The notes beneath the pieces are model-generated. The model was given only the letters and a program-made list of their open reading frames with translations. It did not search any database and was not told where the DNA came from. The position numbers were made by a program, and so were the translations under genes. This document shows positions 1 to 8,742 of a DNA stretch of 64,000 bases, piece after piece. This DNA comes from an uncultured delta proteobacterium. GTDB taxonomy: Bacteria > Desulfobacterota > Binatia > Binatales > Binataceae. The stretch lies in the NCBI GenBank assembly GCA_963765675.1, contig CAVXXK010000003.1, positions 64,001-128,000 on the forward strand, in the 5' to 3' direction. Each line of letters begins with the position of its first letter. The first letter of the stretch is position 1.

Positions 1-1
1 C

Positions 2-157
2 GTGCATCAGCAGGACATCCTCGCATGCCGCGGCGTATACGCCGGATTGAAGAGCAGCATGGCGCGCGCCGGGCGTTTGTCGCATCTCGAAAAAGCGCTC
101 TGGCAGTTCAACCAGTTCGTCGTCACCCATCTAAGCGTCGACGCCGAACAAGCCTGA
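2..157 (+). CDS. C-terminal fragment of a Rieske aromatic ring-hydroxylating oxygenase alpha subunit (truncated by window edge)
   Basis: Open frame from window start: ...QQDILACRGVYAGLKSSMARAGRLSHLEKALWQFNQFVV..., resembling the 'D..C..VQ.GL.S....GRLS..E' C-terminus; TGA at 155-157. Not in the ORF track. Confidence 0.6.
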   Translation: MHQQDILACRGVYAGLKSSMARAGRLSHLEKALWQFNQFVVTHLSVDAEQA

Positions 158-164
158 CACCGCC

Positions 165-425
165 ATGCCGTTCGCTCAGGTTATCGGCTCCGCCGGCGTC
201 GGGATGCTGCTGCTTGCGTTCTTCCTCAACCTGTTTGGCCTGCTGGAGGCGCGAGCGCGAAAATATCAGTTGCTCAATTTTTTCGGAGCGGGACTTTCCT
301 GCTACGCATCGTATCTGATCGGCTTCGTGCCGTTCGTGGTGCTCGAAGCAACCTGGAGTGCGGCCGCGCTGTTTGCGCTAGTGCGTCCGCAGCGCGGTCC
401 GAACCACAGCGTCCAGCTCGGCTAG
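165..425 (+). CDS. Small membrane protein, CBU_0592-like
   Basis: 86 aa, three hydrophobic helices, 'YQLLNFFGAGL' and 'PFVVLEATW' motifs. Confidence 0.7.
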   Translation: MPFAQVIGSAGVGMLLLAFFLNLFGLLEARARKYQLLNFFGAGLSCYASYLIGFVPFVVLEATWSAAALFALVRPQRGPNHSVQLG

Positions 426-743
426 TCCGACCGGCTTTTGCAGACATACGTTCGCGCCCGCCGCCTGGGCCGCGTCGGTCATACCGCAAGCGCTATACCC
501 GGTGATTGCTACTATCGGAGTATTCGGCGAGGTTTCGTGCGCATGCCGAATGACCTCGATCCCGCTGGCCACCGGCAGATTCAAGTCGGTCAGGATCAGG
601 TCCGGATGCTCTCGGTCGAACAGCGCCATCGCCTGCTCGCCGTCGAACGCCGGGAGACAACAATATCCCGACCGCGCGAGCATCCGCGTGTACGAATCGA
701 CCAAATCGCGCTCGTCATCAACGATCAGAATCGTGGATGCCAT
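378..743 (-). CDS. Single-domain response regulator (REC)
   Basis: ILIVDD, DLILTDLNLP, ITG and KP receiver motifs; start placed at MASTIL. Confidence 0.9.
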   Translation of the reverse strand: MASTILIVDDERDLVDSYTRMLARSGYCCLPAFDGEQAMALFDREHPDLILTDLNLPVASGIEVIRHAHETSPNTPIVAITGYSACGMTDAAQAAGANVCLQKPVGLAELDAVVRTALRTH

Positions 744-893
744 CGTCAGCCCACCACGAAGTGTAAAAATCGGAGCAAGTAGCGTTCCGGTTCCCCGACC
801 CCTCATTTATATAGTGATTATCCGCGCGCCCCCGAGAAGCAGAGGCATCGATGCAACAGTTCCGGCGTTTTCGGCGCCACACTCTGTTTCTTT

Positions 894-2252
894 TTATCCC
901 GCTGCCGACGCAACCGTGACGCCTTGCTGAGGCTCGACGCCATCATCCACGCCCGGCAGCCGGATAAGGAAGCTCGTGCCTTTTCCGATTTCGGAATGCG
1001 CCTCAATCGTGCCGCCGTGGTCTGTTATCACGCGATGACTCAGCCACAGGCCCAGTCCTGTGCCCTGCGCTTTGGTGGTGTAGAACGGCTCGAACACCCG
1101 CGCGATAACCTCCGGCGGCGCACCCGAGCCGTTGTCGCTGACGACGATACGAACCCACCCTGGCTTTGCGGGATCCGCAGCCGTTTCGATTTTTATCCGG
1201 TCGGCGCCGGCGTCGCGCGCGTTCATCAGCAGGTTGACGATCACCTGCTCCAGGCCGGTCTGTTCGCCCATCACGCGCGCGATCGAACGGTCCAGCGCCA
1301 GCTCGACCCGCGCGGCGCCGATCCGGGATTCGCCGAAGACCAGCGCCACGATCTCCTCGATTGATCCGTTGATATCTACCCGGACGCGCGCAGACGGGCG
1401 CTGATGCGCAAGCGCAAGCAGATTGCGCGAGACCCGGCATGCGTGCTCGACATTGCGCTGCAGGACACGCAGATCGTTCTGGGCTTCTGTCGGAAGATCG
1501 TGCGTCTCGGTCAGCATCAGCTCGATTCTTGATGAAATCACTGCGAGCGGATTGTTCAGCTCGTGCGCGATTGCGCCCGCTACCGCCCCTAGCGCATTCA
1601 GGGTTTCATTGCGCCGCGCCTCGCGCTCCATCATTCGGCGCGTCGTGATGTCGGAGACGAAGGCAATTACCCGATCGGTGTTTTCGAACACAATATGGCT
1701 GAGGCTGACTTCGGCGGGAAACTCGGTGCCGTCCTTGCGCGCACCGACAATCTCCATCCCTGCCCCCATCCGGCGCGGGCGTAGTTCGGCGAAAAATCCC
1801 CTGCGATGACCGACGTGACGTTCGCGCATCCGCATCGGCACCAGCAGCTCTACCGACTGGCCAACGACTTCCGCTTCCGCTGTGTAGCCGAACATCTCGA
1901 GCGCGCGCGGATTCATCTGGCGGATCGACCCATCGGCGTCGAGTTGGACAATCCCCTCAACCGCCGACTCAAAGAACGCACGCGCCCGCAATGCTGTTTC
2001 GCGCTCGGCCCTCACCGAGTTGTGCAACCGTCGAGCATAACGGCTCGCGACCAGATACAGCGTAAGCCCGGTGACGCAGGTGAAAACGAAGCGATTGAGC
2101 TGGTACGAATGAGGCGGCAGCAGTCCGAGAATCAGGTTAGCGACAGCGATCCAAAAGATCCCGACTGCGAAATAGATCGCTGCGATCCTGAGCGGAGAGC
2201 CCAGCAGCCCCTTCGGCGTCGGATTGTTCGGCGGATTTGAATCGTTCAGCAC
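894..2252 (-). CDS. Membrane PAS sensor histidine kinase
   Basis: Two TM helices, PAS (GARKDGTEFPAEVSLS), HisKA AHELNNPL, HATPase DNGSG/FEPFYTTK/GTGLGL; GTG start uncertain (ORF open to 2417). Confidence 0.9.
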   Translation of the reverse strand: MLNDSNPPNNPTPKGLLGSPLRIAAIYFAVGIFWIAVANLILGLLPPHSYQLNRFVFTCVTGLTLYLVASRYARRLHNSVRAERETALRARAFFESAVEGIVQLDADGSIRQMNPRALEMFGYTAEAEVVGQSVELLVPMRMRERHVGHRRGFFAELRPRRMGAGMEIVGARKDGTEFPAEVSLSHIVFENTDRVIAFVSDITTRRMMEREARRNETLNALGAVAGAIAHELNNPLAVISSRIELMLTETHDLPTEAQNDLRVLQRNVEHACRVSRNLLALAHQRPSARVRVDINGSIEEIVALVFGESRIGAARVELALDRSIARVMGEQTGLEQVIVNLLMNARDAGADRIKIETAADPAKPGWVRIVVSDNGSGAPPEVIARVFEPFYTTKAQGTGLGLWLSHRVITDHGGTIEAHSEIGKGTSFLIRLPGVDDGVEPQQGVTVASAAG

Positions 2253-2413
2253 GCGCTTGGCCAACGGTTTTGGATTCGCCTGAATCTCGCCGAACGAGCC
2301 AAGATTCCGGATCGCCAACTCTAGCCGTCGTGCACGCCAGAGGGTAGCCCAAACGTGGTCGCATCCCGGCCGCCACTTTTTACAATATGTTCGCCATACA
2401 GTATGTTCGCCCG

Positions 2414-3211
2414 TCATCTTCCCCGCGCGGAGATTGGCTCTCTTGCGCCGGAACGTTCTGAGGCCGAGGTCGCGTGCGCGCCCGCCGTATCGCCCGCCTC
2501 GCGCGCGACGACCGCGACGCCGGTGACCTCGAACCCTTCGGCGCGAATCGCCGCCATCGACAGCGCCAGCGTGATTCGGCCGCCGTCGCGGCGCATCCGA
2601 ACCGCCTCGAACGGCGCGACTTTCTCACCGCGCATCACCCGCGCATACAGACGCCGCGTCTCGGCACGAAGGCTGGCAGGCAGCAGCTTGTCCGAATCCT
2701 CGCCAACGATCTCCTCGGAGCTGTAACCGTAAATTCGTTCCGCCCCGGTATTCCACGCGATGATTTTGCCTCCGCCGTCGATTCCGTAAATCCCCTCGTC
2801 GATCGCGCTGACCACAGACGCGATCAGCTCGTAATGATCCTCGCGCCGCTTGGTTTCGAGCGCGGTCCGAATCACGGCCACCAGGTTCTCGAATCCGTCC
2901 GGTTTCAGCATGTAGTAGAACAGGCCGTACTTGAACGCTTCGGCAACTACTTCCTCGCCTCCGTTTCCGGTCAGGAAGATCACCTTGCATCGCGGCCATC
3001 GCTTGCGCACCCGTTGCAGCACCGAAAGCCCATCGCCCCATCCGAGCCAATAGTCGGTGATCACGACGTCTATATTCTCGCGCCGCAGCGCGTCATTGAA
3101 TTCAAATGCCTCGCCCGCGATCAAGATCTGCTCACCGGGGAAGGCGTGCTGAATCCTCCGCTGCATCACCATCCGATCAGTAACACTGTCTTCCACCAAC
3201 AATAGGTCCAT
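2414..3211 (-). CDS. REC-PAS protein without output domain
   Basis: LLLVED...VVITDYWL...LTG...KP receiver followed by PAS (AWNTGAERIYGYSSEEIVG); RBS GAGGA before ATG 3211. Confidence 0.85.
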   Translation of the reverse strand: MDLLLVEDSVTDRMVMQRRIQHAFPGEQILIAGEAFEFNDALRRENIDVVITDYWLGWGDGLSVLQRVRKRWPRCKVIFLTGNGGEEVVAEAFKYGLFYYMLKPDGFENLVAVIRTALETKRREDHYELIASVVSAIDEGIYGIDGGGKIIAWNTGAERIYGYSSEEIVGEDSDKLLPASLRAETRRLYARVMRGEKVAPFEAVRMRRDGGRITLALSMAAIRAEGFEVTGVAVVAREAGDTAGAHATSASERSGAREPISARGR

Positions 3212-3286
3212 CGGTTCCTCTCGCACTGGGTTCGCGGGTGCGTCCGCATCACGAGAAGCGACCCGCACCGTTTTGGAACCCAAGTG

Positions 3287-3302
3287 AGCAAACGATGTGC
3301 CC
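3287..3302 (-). promoter_or_regulatory. Putative sigma54 -24/-12 promoter for the REC-PAS gene
   Basis: Minus strand GGGCACatcgtTTGCT, GG-N10-GC spacing. Confidence 0.6.
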
Positions 3303-3680
3303 GTGACCGCAAGAGCATCGCATCTGGAGCATCCGCCCACCCGGGAACGCGTGCGGCTGTCGTGGCGTACGATAGACCACAGCGCGGACGGTTTGCCGAG
3401 GTGCTCCGAGGACACATCGGCGCAAACGCGTCGCAGATCGCGACACTTTTTTTTCAAAACTGGACATTCTCGCTCGCTTGAGCTTCGCAGCAATTATGGA
3501 ACTGAGAGCCGGAAGCCGGGCACCTGATGCGTAAACTTGCGGCGCTATCTTGTCGAATGCATCAAGGCACACCGTGCCATGCGGGTTGGCGGCGATGAAT
3601 TGTGGCGCGTCGAAGCCACAGGGTGTGGAGTTTCTCCCCGCATTCTCTACTGAAAATGGCTAATACGCTCAAATATTAGC

Positions 3681-3697
3681 TTGGCACAGAGCGTGCT
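3681..3697 (+). promoter_or_regulatory. Putative sigma54 -24/-12 promoter for 3814..4311
   Basis: TTGGCACagagcGTGCT, GG-N10-GC spacing. Confidence 0.6.
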
Positions 3698-3813
3698 GGT
3701 CCGAAATAGCTTCGCAGTTACAAATCTCCGCGCTGGCGGCTTAATCGCCGCCAGAGTAAGCGCGGCTTTTGACTTGCCGCTTACGGCTTTCAGACTGGGG
3801 AGGATGACAGCCA

Positions 3814-4311
3814 ATGGACGCTCAGATCGAGAAACACGGGCCGGTTCCCGCACAGTCTCGTGACCCGCTGCGTGCGGAGTGCGACCGGCCCGATCCGTGG
3901 TTGAATGTCGGCTTCGCGCCCGATTTTCTGGTTCCATCCCAATTCTATGATCTGACCCGCAGGCGCAGCGGTCTCGACGGCGAGACTCGCCTGGTCTATG
4001 CGGTGCTCGAAGATGCCGTGCGATGCTACGTCAAACATGCCGGCGCTACCCATGGGATGCGGCGCGCACTGTTCGATGAAGTCGAGGGATGGTTCCACGC
4101 GCATACGATGGCGGGACCGTTTTCATTCGCCTATGTTTGCGACGTGCTCGGCGTCGACCCCGATTTCCTGCGCTCTCAGCTCGCTTCTCTCGGACCAGAT
4201 GATCTGCCGACCAAGCAGATGCGTTCTGTAGGACGCCGTCATGTCGTCCGCTCAGGGCGGCGAAGTTCCGGCCGTAACCGGGCGAGCACTCGTCAGGCAG
4301 TAGCCGAATAG
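3814..4311 (+). CDS. Conserved hypothetical protein (possible HTH-like C-terminus)
   Basis: GGGAGG RBS; motif ETRLVYAVLEDAVRCY...LFDEVEGWF...PFSFAYVCDVLGVDPDFLR; basic tail. Confidence 0.8.
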   Translation: MDAQIEKHGPVPAQSRDPLRAECDRPDPWLNVGFAPDFLVPSQFYDLTRRRSGLDGETRLVYAVLEDAVRCYVKHAGATHGMRRALFDEVEGWFHAHTMAGPFSFAYVCDVLGVDPDFLRSQLASLGPDDLPTKQMRSVGRRHVVRSGRRSSGRNRASTRQAVAE

Positions 4312-4471
4312 TCGCGAGCTCGCTTTTTGCACAAGCCGTTTCGTCTTCGTGTGCACTGCGCATGCGCCGTGTCGCATTTGTATGGCGGAATCGCTAAAAA
4401 AATATCGGACCTCGCCGTCGTTTTGGCCTATGCTCATCATAGGCGAAGGTTGCCAAAGGAGTTCGATAATA

Positions 4472-4672
4472 ATGCGAAAGCTTTCCAGCGCGGTTCCAAT
4501 TCTGCTCATCCTGGGCGCGCTAACATTGGTCCCGGCATGCTCTTCACAGCAGGCTGAAAACACTACCAATGCGGTCACCAACACGACCGCCGACACTACC
4601 AGCTCGCTGTTCAGCGGAATCGAATCGGTCATCCTGTATCCCTTTCGGCTGATCGGAGATCTGTTTTCCTAA
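4472..4672 (+). CDS. Small putative lipoprotein (66 aa)
   Basis: AAGGAG RBS; MRK, hydrophobic stretch, LVPAC lipobox-like site; amphipathic C-terminus YPFRLIGDLFS. Confidence 0.65.
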   Translation: MRKLSSAVPILLILGALTLVPACSSQQAENTTNAVTNTTADTTSSLFSGIESVILYPFRLIGDLFS

Positions 4673-4829
4673 GATCGCGCTCCGCTCGATTGCGGGTCGT
4701 CGCAATCACCGCGCGCCGGCTGATTTCGTTTGAGCGCACCACATCGATATTGCTAAATCAAACCTGACTGGAGCGGGCGGTGCCTCCGTTTCGCCACGCC
4801 GCGCATCCGGCCGGGACGGGAGAAATAAC

Positions 4830-5615
4830 GTGGTCGAAACGACCGAAACCCAGCATGCCGTGGCGGGCACGACGCTCACGATGATTCGCGGCGGCTCGGG
4901 CAAGCCGCTTCTTATTTTTCACGACGAGCTTGGTTATCCCGGCTGGACCGCATGGAACGAGAGCCTGGCGCACGAACGCACGCTGCTCATCCCGCTTCAG
5001 CCGGGTTACGGCAAGACGCCGCGCCTGGACTGGATTCGCAGTTATCGCGATCTCGGCGGATTTTACGCGCAGGTGCTACGCGAGATGCGGCTGGACCCGA
5101 TCGACGTGATCGGATTTTCGGCCGGCGGATTTATCGCGGCCGAGATGGCGGCGGCGGACCCGAAAATTTTCTCGCGGATGATTCTGGTCGCGCCGATGGG
5201 CATCAAGCCGGCCGCGGGGGAGATTCTCGACTTCTTCGCGATGACTATCCGGCGCCATCTGCGCGCGACCGTCGCCGATCCGGCGGGCACGCCCGAGTTC
5301 ACGAAAATCTACGGCGGTGAAATGACCCCCGAACAGTTCGAGTTGTTCGAGGACGCCCGCTCCGAAAGCGCGCGGATCGGATGGGAGCCATACATGCACG
5401 ATCCCAGCCTGCCGCATCTGCTGCGCGGCGTGAAAATCCCTACGCTGCTTATCCGCGGGACGCGCGACGACGTGGTGCCGTCGGGATGCATCGACGGCTA
5501 CCGCGCCGCAATCGCCGGCGCGCAGGTCGCGCAAATCGAGGGTGCCGGGCATCGGCCGGAGATCGAAAACTCAGTCGAGTTCGAGCGTATAGTCACTCGA
5601 TTCCTGGCCGCATAG
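4830..5615 (+). CDS. Alpha/beta fold hydrolase
   Basis: GFSAGG nucleophile elbow, GTRDDVVP, AGHRPE. Confidence 0.9.
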   Translation: MVETTETQHAVAGTTLTMIRGGSGKPLLIFHDELGYPGWTAWNESLAHERTLLIPLQPGYGKTPRLDWIRSYRDLGGFYAQVLREMRLDPIDVIGFSAGGFIAAEMAAADPKIFSRMILVAPMGIKPAAGEILDFFAMTIRRHLRATVADPAGTPEFTKIYGGEMTPEQFELFEDARSESARIGWEPYMHDPSLPHLLRGVKIPTLLIRGTRDDVVPSGCIDGYRAAIAGAQVAQIEGAGHRPEIENSVEFERIVTRFLAA

Positions 5616-5639
5616 CCATTGGCAAGTGGAGCTGCGAAA

Positions 5640-6965
5640 ATGAAGATAGGATATTTCACCGAACGTCCGGCCAGGTGGGTTCCCGAGGATGCGATCCTGA
5701 AGAATGAGGCGTATTTCGCGGTCTCGAACAAGTATTTCGACCGCGAGCAGGCGGCGACCGACTACAATTATTATCTCGACGAAAACTGCTACGCCGAAGA
5801 ACTCGGCTACGACATCGTCGCGCTGAATGAGCACCACGGCAACCCGTTCTGCATGGGCAGCGTGATGAACGTCGAGGCGGCGATCCTCGCGCGGATTACC
5901 AAGCGCGTGAAGATTTGCCTCATCGGCAATCCGCTGCCGGTGATCAAGCATCCGCTCAGGATGGCCGAAGAGCTAGCCGAGATCGATCTGATCTCGCGCG
6001 GCCGGATGATCACCGGATGGGTTCGCGGCGCGGGCTCGGAGCAGTTCTTCAACAACGCCAACCCCGCCTACAACCGCGAGCTGTTCAACGAGGCGCACGA
6101 TTTTATCGTGCAGGCGTGGACGCGGCCCGGTCCGTGGCGTTACGAGGGCAAGCATTTTCATTATCGCCACGTAAATCCGTGGGCGCTGCCCTATCAGAAA
6201 CCGCATCCCCCGTTCTGGATTCCCGGCGTGATCAGCCCCGAGACCGCGAAATGGTGCGCCGAGCATCGCTATCCGTACATCGGACTCGGCACCGCGCTCG
6301 GACCAACCGCCGACCTGTGGGATTTCTACGCCGACGAGGCGCGCAAGCAAGGCTACCAGGCTGGACCGGAGAATTTCGGCTATGTGATTCCGACTTTCGT
6401 CGCCGAGACTGACGAGCGCGCACAGGACCTCGGCCGCGGCTTCGTCTACGGCGGCGGCCAGAACGCCTTCTCGCGCACCGAGCATACTCTGCCGCCCGGC
6501 TATAATTCGAAGGAAGCGACCCGCCGTCTTGCCAAGCAGCCGCAAGGAAGCTGGCTCGGAGTCAGCGGCGACAAGCTGCGCGGCCATAGCGAGGAAGCCC
6601 AGCAAGTCGATTATGACGAAGTCCGCCGCAAGCTCGCCGCCGGACTCCAGAAGGCGCAGAAATCGCTGACGATAGTAATCGGCAGCCCGAAGACGGTGAT
6701 TCCGAAGTTCAAAACCATCCTGAACGTGCTCCGCCCCGGCGCTCTGATTATCTTCAGCGTGCAAGGCCAGGTGAACAACCAGGATCGCCAGGCCAGCATG
6801 CGCCTGATCGCACAGGAGGTAGTCCCCGCGCTACGCGAATACGCGCGCGAGATCGATTTACCCGACGCCTTCGAGCGAGCGCCCGGCTCCGTAAAGCTCC
6901 AATCCGGCACCAGCCGAATCCCAGTGGCCGATCGTGCTCCGTTAAAGGAGTTGGGAATTTTGTAA
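5640..6965 (+). CDS. Luciferase-like (LLM) flavin-dependent oxidoreductase
   Basis: LNEHH, PLRMAEELAEIDLISRGR, PYQKPHPP. Confidence 0.9.
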   Translation: MKIGYFTERPARWVPEDAILKNEAYFAVSNKYFDREQAATDYNYYLDENCYAEELGYDIVALNEHHGNPFCMGSVMNVEAAILARITKRVKICLIGNPLPVIKHPLRMAEELAEIDLISRGRMITGWVRGAGSEQFFNNANPAYNRELFNEAHDFIVQAWTRPGPWRYEGKHFHYRHVNPWALPYQKPHPPFWIPGVISPETAKWCAEHRYPYIGLGTALGPTADLWDFYADEARKQGYQAGPENFGYVIPTFVAETDERAQDLGRGFVYGGGQNAFSRTEHTLPPGYNSKEATRRLAKQPQGSWLGVSGDKLRGHSEEAQQVDYDEVRRKLAAGLQKAQKSLTIVIGSPKTVIPKFKTILNVLRPGALIIFSVQGQVNNQDRQASMRLIAQEVVPALREYAREIDLPDAFERAPGSVKLQSGTSRIPVADRAPLKELGIL

Positions 6966-7025
6966 CGGAAACACCCGCACCAACGATCCGACCATGTCTT
7001 TCTGATCATTATCGTCCGGTCTTTG

Positions 7026-7106
7026 TCTGTCATTCCCGCGCGTGGCTGCCGCGCGAGGAATCCGGGATTCCTCGCGCGCGGCAGCCACGCACGCGGGAAT
7101 GACAGA
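7026..7106. repeat. REP/REPIN-like near-perfect 81-bp hairpin
   Basis: TCTGTCATTCCCGCG-CGTGGCTGCC-GCGCGAGGAATCC g GGATTCCTCGCGC-gc-GGCAGCCACG-ca-CGCGGGAATGACAGA. Confidence 0.85.
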
Positions 7107-7213
7107 AAAGGCCTTTCGCCCGATTGAACTATCCGGAACAAAAAAACGCCTGAACGGTTCAGCGGGACAAACCTTGAATCCTGACTGCGGACCTAATAGG
7201 CGTTAGTGTTGCT

Positions 7214-8395
7214 ATGAGCGACATAGAATCATTCCGAAAAGAGACTCGCGCGTGGCTCGAAACCAACTGCCCGTCCGAGATGCGCCAACCGGCGAAATCC
7301 GAAGACGATACCTGCTGGGGCGGTCGTCGATGGAAGTTCCAATCCGACGCCCAGCGTCTGTGGCTCGAGCGGATGGCCTCCAAAGGATGGACCGTTCCCG
7401 AATGGCCGCGCGAGTACGGCGGCGGCGGCCTCTCGCGCGACGAGGCCAAAGTCCTGCGCCAGGAGATGCGCGCGCTCGGATGCCGTTCGCCGCTCGATAG
7501 CTTCGGCATCTGGATGCTCGGGCCGGCGCTGCTCAAGTACGGCTCCGAAGAACAGAAGCGCGAGCATCTGCCGAAAATCGCGCGCGGCGAAATCCGATGG
7601 TGCCAGGGCTACTCTGAGCCCGGCTCCGGCTCTGACCTCGCCTCGCTGCAAACGCGAGCCGAAGACAAGGGCGATCACTACGTTATCAATGGCTCGAAAA
7701 TCTGGACCTCATACGCCGACAAAGCCGACTGGATTTTCTGCCTCGTGCGCACCGATCCCGCCGCGCCCAAGCATGAAGGAATCAGCTTCATCCTGTTCGA
7801 CATGGAGAGCGCCGGCGTCTCGACCAAGCCGATCACGCTGATCTCCGGCGCGTCGCCGTTCTGCCAGACCTTCTTCGACGACGTCCTGGTGCCGAAGGCA
7901 AACCTCGTCGGCAAGCTCAACAAGGGATGGGAGATCGCGAAATACCTGCTGACCCACGAGCGCGACATGATCGGCGGAATGGGCCAGACCTCGGAAAACC
8001 GCTCGCTCGGACAGGTCGCGACCGAGACCGTCGGCGTGGATAACGGGATGCTCGCCGATCCAGTCCTGCGCAGCGAGATCGCGGCGTTCGAGATCGACGC
8101 GTGGGCGTTTCGCCTCACGATGGAGCGCGTCGGCGATCTCGCGAAGATCGGGCAGGCGCATCCTGCCGTGTCGTCGTTGCTCAAGTACTACGGCACCGAG
8201 CTCAACAAGCGGAGGAACGAGCTGGTGATGTCGGCAGGCGGCGCGAACGCTCTCGAATGGGAAGGCGAACGCTCGCACAACGGCGCCACCGCGCGCGCGT
8301 GGCTGCGCTCGAAAGCAAATTCGATCGAAGGCGGCACCAGCGAGGTCCAGCTAAACATCATCGCCAAGCGCATCCTCGGTTTGCCCGACGCATGA
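7214..8395 (+). CDS. Acyl-CoA dehydrogenase, catalytic subunit
   Basis: CQGYSEPGSGSDLASL, NGSKIWTS, IEGGTSEVQLNIIA. Confidence 0.95.
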   Translation: MSDIESFRKETRAWLETNCPSEMRQPAKSEDDTCWGGRRWKFQSDAQRLWLERMASKGWTVPEWPREYGGGGLSRDEAKVLRQEMRALGCRSPLDSFGIWMLGPALLKYGSEEQKREHLPKIARGEIRWCQGYSEPGSGSDLASLQTRAEDKGDHYVINGSKIWTSYADKADWIFCLVRTDPAAPKHEGISFILFDMESAGVSTKPITLISGASPFCQTFFDDVLVPKANLVGKLNKGWEIAKYLLTHERDMIGGMGQTSENRSLGQVATETVGVDNGMLADPVLRSEIAAFEIDAWAFRLTMERVGDLAKIGQAHPAVSSLLKYYGTELNKRRNELVMSAGGANALEWEGERSHNGATARAWLRSKANSIEGGTSEVQLNIIAKRILGLPDA

Positions 8396-8477
8396 GAAGA
8401 TGGCCACCTTCCTTAATCTTGCGCCCCTGACCACGAAGCCTTTGCATAGCTCATTCCACTTGGCTGGGTTCGCGAGT

Positions 8478-8655
8478 GGCGAGATTCCTCGCGATGCGCA
8501 CAACGCAACTAAGTTCTCACGACGCGAAACCGGCAGTACACTCGCGCTCGGAATGACACTTTCGGCGTTTTTGGTGTCATTCCGAACGCGGGCAAGCAAT
8601 CCGTGTCGCGTCATACACGCCACATCGAACGGCAGGCGTCGCGAGGAATCTCGCC
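8478..8655. repeat. Inverted pair of 82-nt REP-like units
   Basis: 8478-8559 (minus) and 8574-8655 (plus) both read GTGTCATTCCGA...TCGCGTC...TCGCGAGGAATCTCGCC and align without gaps. Confidence 0.85.
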
Positions 8656-8742
8656 CTCGGCACTTGCAAGCGCTCCCAAGGGGTCGCGCCCAAACGCGCA
8701 ATCCATAACCGCGCTAAACCAATCGCAATCGGAATTCCTGAA

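Noticed and set aside
8478-8655. Conserved repeat with variable interior as a mini-CRISPR
   Set aside because: Only two units, inverted rather than direct, and no cas genes or leader.
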